Of a stretch of 64,000 bases of DNA, positions 60,408 to 64,000 are shown piece after piece. A model generated the notes under the pieces. It worked only from the letters and a program-made list of their open reading frames with translations, had not been told where the DNA came from and searched no databases. The stretch covers positions 7,717 through 71,716 of the IMG/VR virus record IMGVR_UViG_3300036715_000363. The stretch is one strand, 5' to 3'. Every line of letters begins with the position of its first letter. Positions within the stretch are counted from its first letter, which is position 1. Made by a program: the position numbers and the translations under genes. This DNA comes from a virus.

Positions 60408-61715
60408 CTATGTTAAAGATTTAGTTAAGTCTAATTTAGCTAGCGCTAGTGCAGTACCGTGCATTTTACCCATAAATAAATTAAGAATATTACTACCGTA
60501 GTCAGAAATAATCAAAGATAGACCTGATGGGTTTGCACTAAGTTTTAAACCTAGACAACATTTACAATAGCTAGAGCCTTTAGACCTACAAAACATTGGT
60601 GAACGTTTAAATATAGATTTACCAATGTATTTTTTTGCGCCTTCTTCATCTGCAATGAGAATAGATTTATTACCCTCTATAGAATAAGTACCAATAAGTT
60701 TTTTATAATTAGTTACATCTATTTGTTTAAATACGCCATTAGTAGTACCACAGTCATCATCGCCTACTGTAACTGCACTAGAAGCACGTAATAATTCTTT
60801 AGTTAGTACACCACCCAATTGAGTAAGTTTACCACGACTATATGAACCAATGCGTAAGCTATCATTTAGTTGTGGGAATTTATCTATCTCCCAACCTTCT
60901 TCTAAAGAATTTAAAACAGGACTAATAGTAGTAGACTCTTTAATGCCTGGGTCAGCACCAAACATTAAATATAAACGTTTTCTAACAATACCACGCATCT
61001 TAGCACCAGTAGCAAAGTTATCACCACCTGGATCACCTTTTAGATAATCAGCGTCGAACTTTAATAACTCACTTTCCATTTCAGCCACTACTGCTGGGTC
61101 TGTTAAACGACCTTTATATTTTTCCAATAATTCTTTCTTAAACTTAGCCAGTCCTGTAGGAGCTGTCATTGTTTTTTCAGTAGCAGCCCATACAGCTAAT
61201 TGTGTAAATCCTGTTAAGTAAGATAGTGAGTCTACAAACTTAATATAGTCTTCCACATATATCTTAGAGAAATCTCTCCTAGCAGTAGGTAGTAAATCAT
61301 CCTGTAATAGAGGCGCTATTATATCTTCTACTTTTTTAACCGATACTGGTCCATTCATGTAAGGTATTACATTACCAAATGCATAAACGATAGATATTAA
61401 GTTAAATAATAAATTACCAATAGTTGTTTCTACCTTACCTTGTATATTTGAACAAATAGATGAATCAGCAACAACTATATCTTTAAATCTAAACAAAGGT
61501 TCACCACCTTTATAATTATCTATCTTTTCTAATGTACCTGCTTCGTCCATTACAATAAATATACCACTTGGTGTCTGAACTATCCTACCGATAAAAGGAT
61601 CTGTCTTGTATGCTTCTGGTGCTTCCTTAACGATAGAAAAAGCATTAATTATCCAGTCTTTTCTTTTATAACAATTATTATCAATAGCGAACTTTAAATA
61701 GTCTTCTATATTCAT
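60408..61715 (-). CDS. RNA polymerase beta'-like C-terminal subunit (virion RNAP; phiKZ gp80-like by position)
   Basis: SL.EG, R.GSY.RG..T..GG bridge helix, DDCGT, RSPMFC..CKCCLG zinc site, M..MH trigger loop. Confidence 0.85.
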   Translation of the reverse strand: MNIEDYLKFAIDNNCYKRKDWIINAFSIVKEAPEAYKTDPFIGRIVQTPSGIFIVMDEAGTLEKIDNYKGGEPLFRFKDIVVADSSICSNIQGKVETTIGNLLFNLISIVYAFGNVIPYMNGPVSVKKVEDIIAPLLQDDLLPTARRDFSKIYVEDYIKFVDSLSYLTGFTQLAVWAATEKTMTAPTGLAKFKKELLEKYKGRLTDPAVVAEMESELLKFDADYLKGDPGGDNFATGAKMRGIVRKRLYLMFGADPGIKESTTISPVLNSLEEGWEIDKFPQLNDSLRIGSYSRGKLTQLGGVLTKELLRASSAVTVGDDDCGTTNGVFKQIDVTNYKKLIGTYSIEGNKSILIADEEGAKKYIGKSIFKRSPMFCRSKGSSYCKCCLGLKLSANPSGLSLIISDYGSNILNLFMGKMHGTALALAKLDLTKSLT

Positions 61716-62566
61716 TCTGTTTTATCCTCTATTTTAAATTTATCAAACTGCATAGAAAGATTAACTAAAGCATTGTCCATTTTACTAATATCGTTTAGAT
61801 CATTAAAAAATAAACTATTAAATTCTCTATAACCTAATATGACATTATCCTTAGTTTCTTTTGCCAACATTAATAAAGAAAATAAATGCACTACCATTTC
61901 TTCTGCTACTTTATCTTTAAATACTTCTTTAACAAAAGGTAAATAGATTTTTAACCTGTAGTTAGGTTTAGCACCAGAATTTACTAATACTGAGCCTACG
62001 TTATTATTGTTACCAGTAAACTTATTAAATAGCTTTAAGTTATTTAATATTTTTCTTTTCTCATCATCTACTAATTCTTCACTCTGCTGACTTAAACCAT
62101 CATAAAGATATTTTTCTAAATAAACTATTAACTCACTATTTATATCAGCAATTAAAGAAAATATCATATCGCTGGATAGTGTGCAGTTTTGTGATAATAT
62201 TTCAGCTATCTTTTCTTCATCAGTTAAACTAGATTCTAAAATTCTAACTGGTGTTTCATAATCATCAATGTGCTGTAATAAATATAATGCATAGACTACT
62301 TCATTCTTTTGATGTAAAGTAGTGTCATCATCTAAAGTTATTTTATGTGTTGATAAAATAAAGTTTAAATACTTATTTACTTCTGCTATAAATTTATCTT
62401 GTAGGTCATCTGAAGACAAAGAAGAACTAATTGATAACATATTTTCAAATTCTAAATCATAATCAGGATATTCAAATAACTCAAATAAGTTAAATGATAT
62501 TCTTAGTACAGCTGCTAATTCTGGTGTGAATCTAGTGCCTATGTAATCATTAATATTTGTTTCCAT
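61712..62566 (-). CDS. phiKZ-like conserved protein
   Basis: 284 aa coupled to RNAP subunit. Confidence 0.65.
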   Translation of the reverse strand: METNINDYIGTRFTPELAAVLRISFNLFELFEYPDYDLEFENMLSISSSLSSDDLQDKFIAEVNKYLNFILSTHKITLDDDTTLHQKNEVVYALYLLQHIDDYETPVRILESSLTDEEKIAEILSQNCTLSSDMIFSLIADINSELIVYLEKYLYDGLSQQSEELVDDEKRKILNNLKLFNKFTGNNNNVGSVLVNSGAKPNYRLKIYLPFVKEVFKDKVAEEMVVHLFSLLMLAKETKDNVILGYREFNSLFFNDLNDISKMDNALVNLSMQFDKFKIEDKTE

Positions 62567-62695
62567 TTTTAATCCCTAAATAGTCAGTACCACTCAAAGC
62601 ATTTGTAATATTTATTAAAAAATAATATTATTTTTAATAACGTTCCTTATACTTTGGTAAAAAACCAATTAATTAATTTAATAAGGAAAGTGCAA

Positions 62696-63229
62696 ATGAA
62701 AACAACGCAAAACAAAAAGAATAAAATTGGTCAAGAAATGAAACGTTTAATGGATGAGAAAAAGAAGACTTATCAAAGCTGGAGTATGTTGGAAGATATA
62801 TATAAAGCATGTGCTAACTCTGTAGTATCTACACTACAAGAGACTTCTAATATACTTAACTCTGTAGAAGTTAACAAATATCCAAACATTAAAGCTGAGT
62901 TAGGAGTACTCTCCGTGGCTCTTGCTAAAGACTGCGAAGAATTCTCTAAACAGTTACAAGCCATTCATGCATTACACGCAGATAAGAAGGGTTTAATTAC
63001 TACGCCTGATGATGTATCATTAAACCTAGACGTGTATGAAAGTTATGTAGCTTTCAATTCACAATTTGTAGGTGTGACCACTAATACTATTGTAAGTATT
63101 AGTGAGAAGCTAGAAGTAATTTATGGTCTCGAGAATCCTACACCAGTTACTGATGATGGTGAGGCGGTAGCGCAACCGATTGATGAGTCTGAAATTTTTG
63201 CACCTAAAACTGAAACAACTGGAGAATAA
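62696..63229 (+). CDS. hypothetical helical protein (start taken at MKTTQ)
   Basis: AAGGA SD. Confidence 0.65.
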   Translation: MKTTQNKKNKIGQEMKRLMDEKKKTYQSWSMLEDIYKACANSVVSTLQETSNILNSVEVNKYPNIKAELGVLSVALAKDCEEFSKQLQAIHALHADKKGLITTPDDVSLNLDVYESYVAFNSQFVGVTTNTIVSISEKLEVIYGLENPTPVTDDGEAVAQPIDESEIFAPKTETTGE

Positions 63230-63231
63230 AC

Positions 63232-64000
63232 ATGGATGAAAAAGTCACAAAAACTACTAAGGCAAAACCAGCTGCTGAACCTGTAGTAGTAGAAACACCT
63301 ATTATAGATGATAAACAAACTACAGTTGAAGAAGCTGTAGTAGCAAAAGTAGAAGAACCTATTATTACCGCTGAGCAAATTATTGAAGAACCTGTAATAA
63401 CAAAGAAAGCACGTGCTCAGCAAAACTGTACACAAGAATTAGAAACATCATATACTACAACTATTGATCCTAACCTAGAAGTAATTTCAATGCCTTCTGG
63501 TTTAACTGATGATGTATCGACTATCCTTAATGATCTACCTAATATTAACTTGGTTGATACTGCAAAAGGTCGCGAGTGGGGAGAAATATTGCGCGATGGC
63601 TTAGAATATAATACATTTATGGAAACATATGTGCCTACTTTAGAAGATCCTAAAGCTGATTTCAGACAGACTGTTAAATCAGAATCTGGCCACCTAGCTG
63701 GTGTGGAGCCTAAGTTTGTTAGTAAGACAAATGAAAAGCTAACTGGTGAGCGTGGTGCTATTCGTTTAATGGCGCACTTAGGACTAGGTACATTGTTCCA
63801 AGCTCCTCTTTGGCATACCGGTATATGGATTACATTCAAGGCACCAACAGAAGCTGACCTAGTTGAATTCCAACGTATTGTTGCTAGCGATAAAATTGAA
63901 TTTGGTCGCCACACTTATGGTCTAGCATTCTCTAACTTAATGTCATATACTTCTGACCGCTTAATTAATTTTGCTCTGTCACACGTTTATGATACTACTT
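63232..64000 (+). CDS. hypothetical phiKZ-like protein, truncated by window end (not in ORF track)
   Basis: GGAGA SD, MDEKVTK..., open to 64000, includes PLWHTGIWITFKAP. Confidence 0.75.
   Translation, partial: MDEKVTKTTKAKPAAEPVVVETPIIDDKQTTVEEAVVAKVEEPIITAEQIIEEPVITKKARAQQNCTQELETSYTTTIDPNLEVISMPSGLTDDVSTILNDLPNINLVDTAKGREWGEILRDGLEYNTFMETYVPTLEDPKADFRQTVKSESGHLAGVEPKFVSKTNEKLTGERGAIRLMAHLGLGTLFQAPLWHTGIWITFKAPTEADLVEFQRIVASDKIEFGRHTYGLAFSNLMSYTSDRLINFALSHVYDTT

Noticed and set aside
2741-63914. Many other short opposite-strand or nested ORFs (e.g. 4936, 11757, 28004, 31591, 42958, 52687, 57266, 63417)
   Set aside because: Lie within better-supported genes; no SD or motifs

Overview
AT-rich segment of a phiKZ-like jumbo phage genome (Chimalliviridae-like), almost entirely on the minus strand. 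From left to right: (1) an early/accessory and nucleotide-metabolism region (dTMP kinase, dCTP deaminase, thymidylate synthase split by a group I intron carrying a GIY-YIG endonuclease, a second degenerate TS-like gene, a GT-B glycosyltransferase, tRNA-Arg); (2) a lysis pair and a long tail-fibre region; (3) a phiKZ-type virion/inner-head block; (4) the N-terminal subunit of a split family-B DNA polymerase, interrupted by an ORF-less group I intron, and a virion RNA polymerase beta'-like subunit. The standout is at 13.6-15.4 kb: an IS110/Nop-fold protein with no nuclease domain, next to an 11-unit, 36-nt-period array of two alternating 9-nt repeats separated by unique 9-nt spacers. This is the architecture of a TIGR-Tas RNA-guided system (TasA-like); array and gene each have their own early-type promoter and terminator. 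Also notable are three dispersed paralogues of a 22-aa leucine-rich-repeat protein with variable surface positions. All family calls are from motif recognition by eye; no database search was run.
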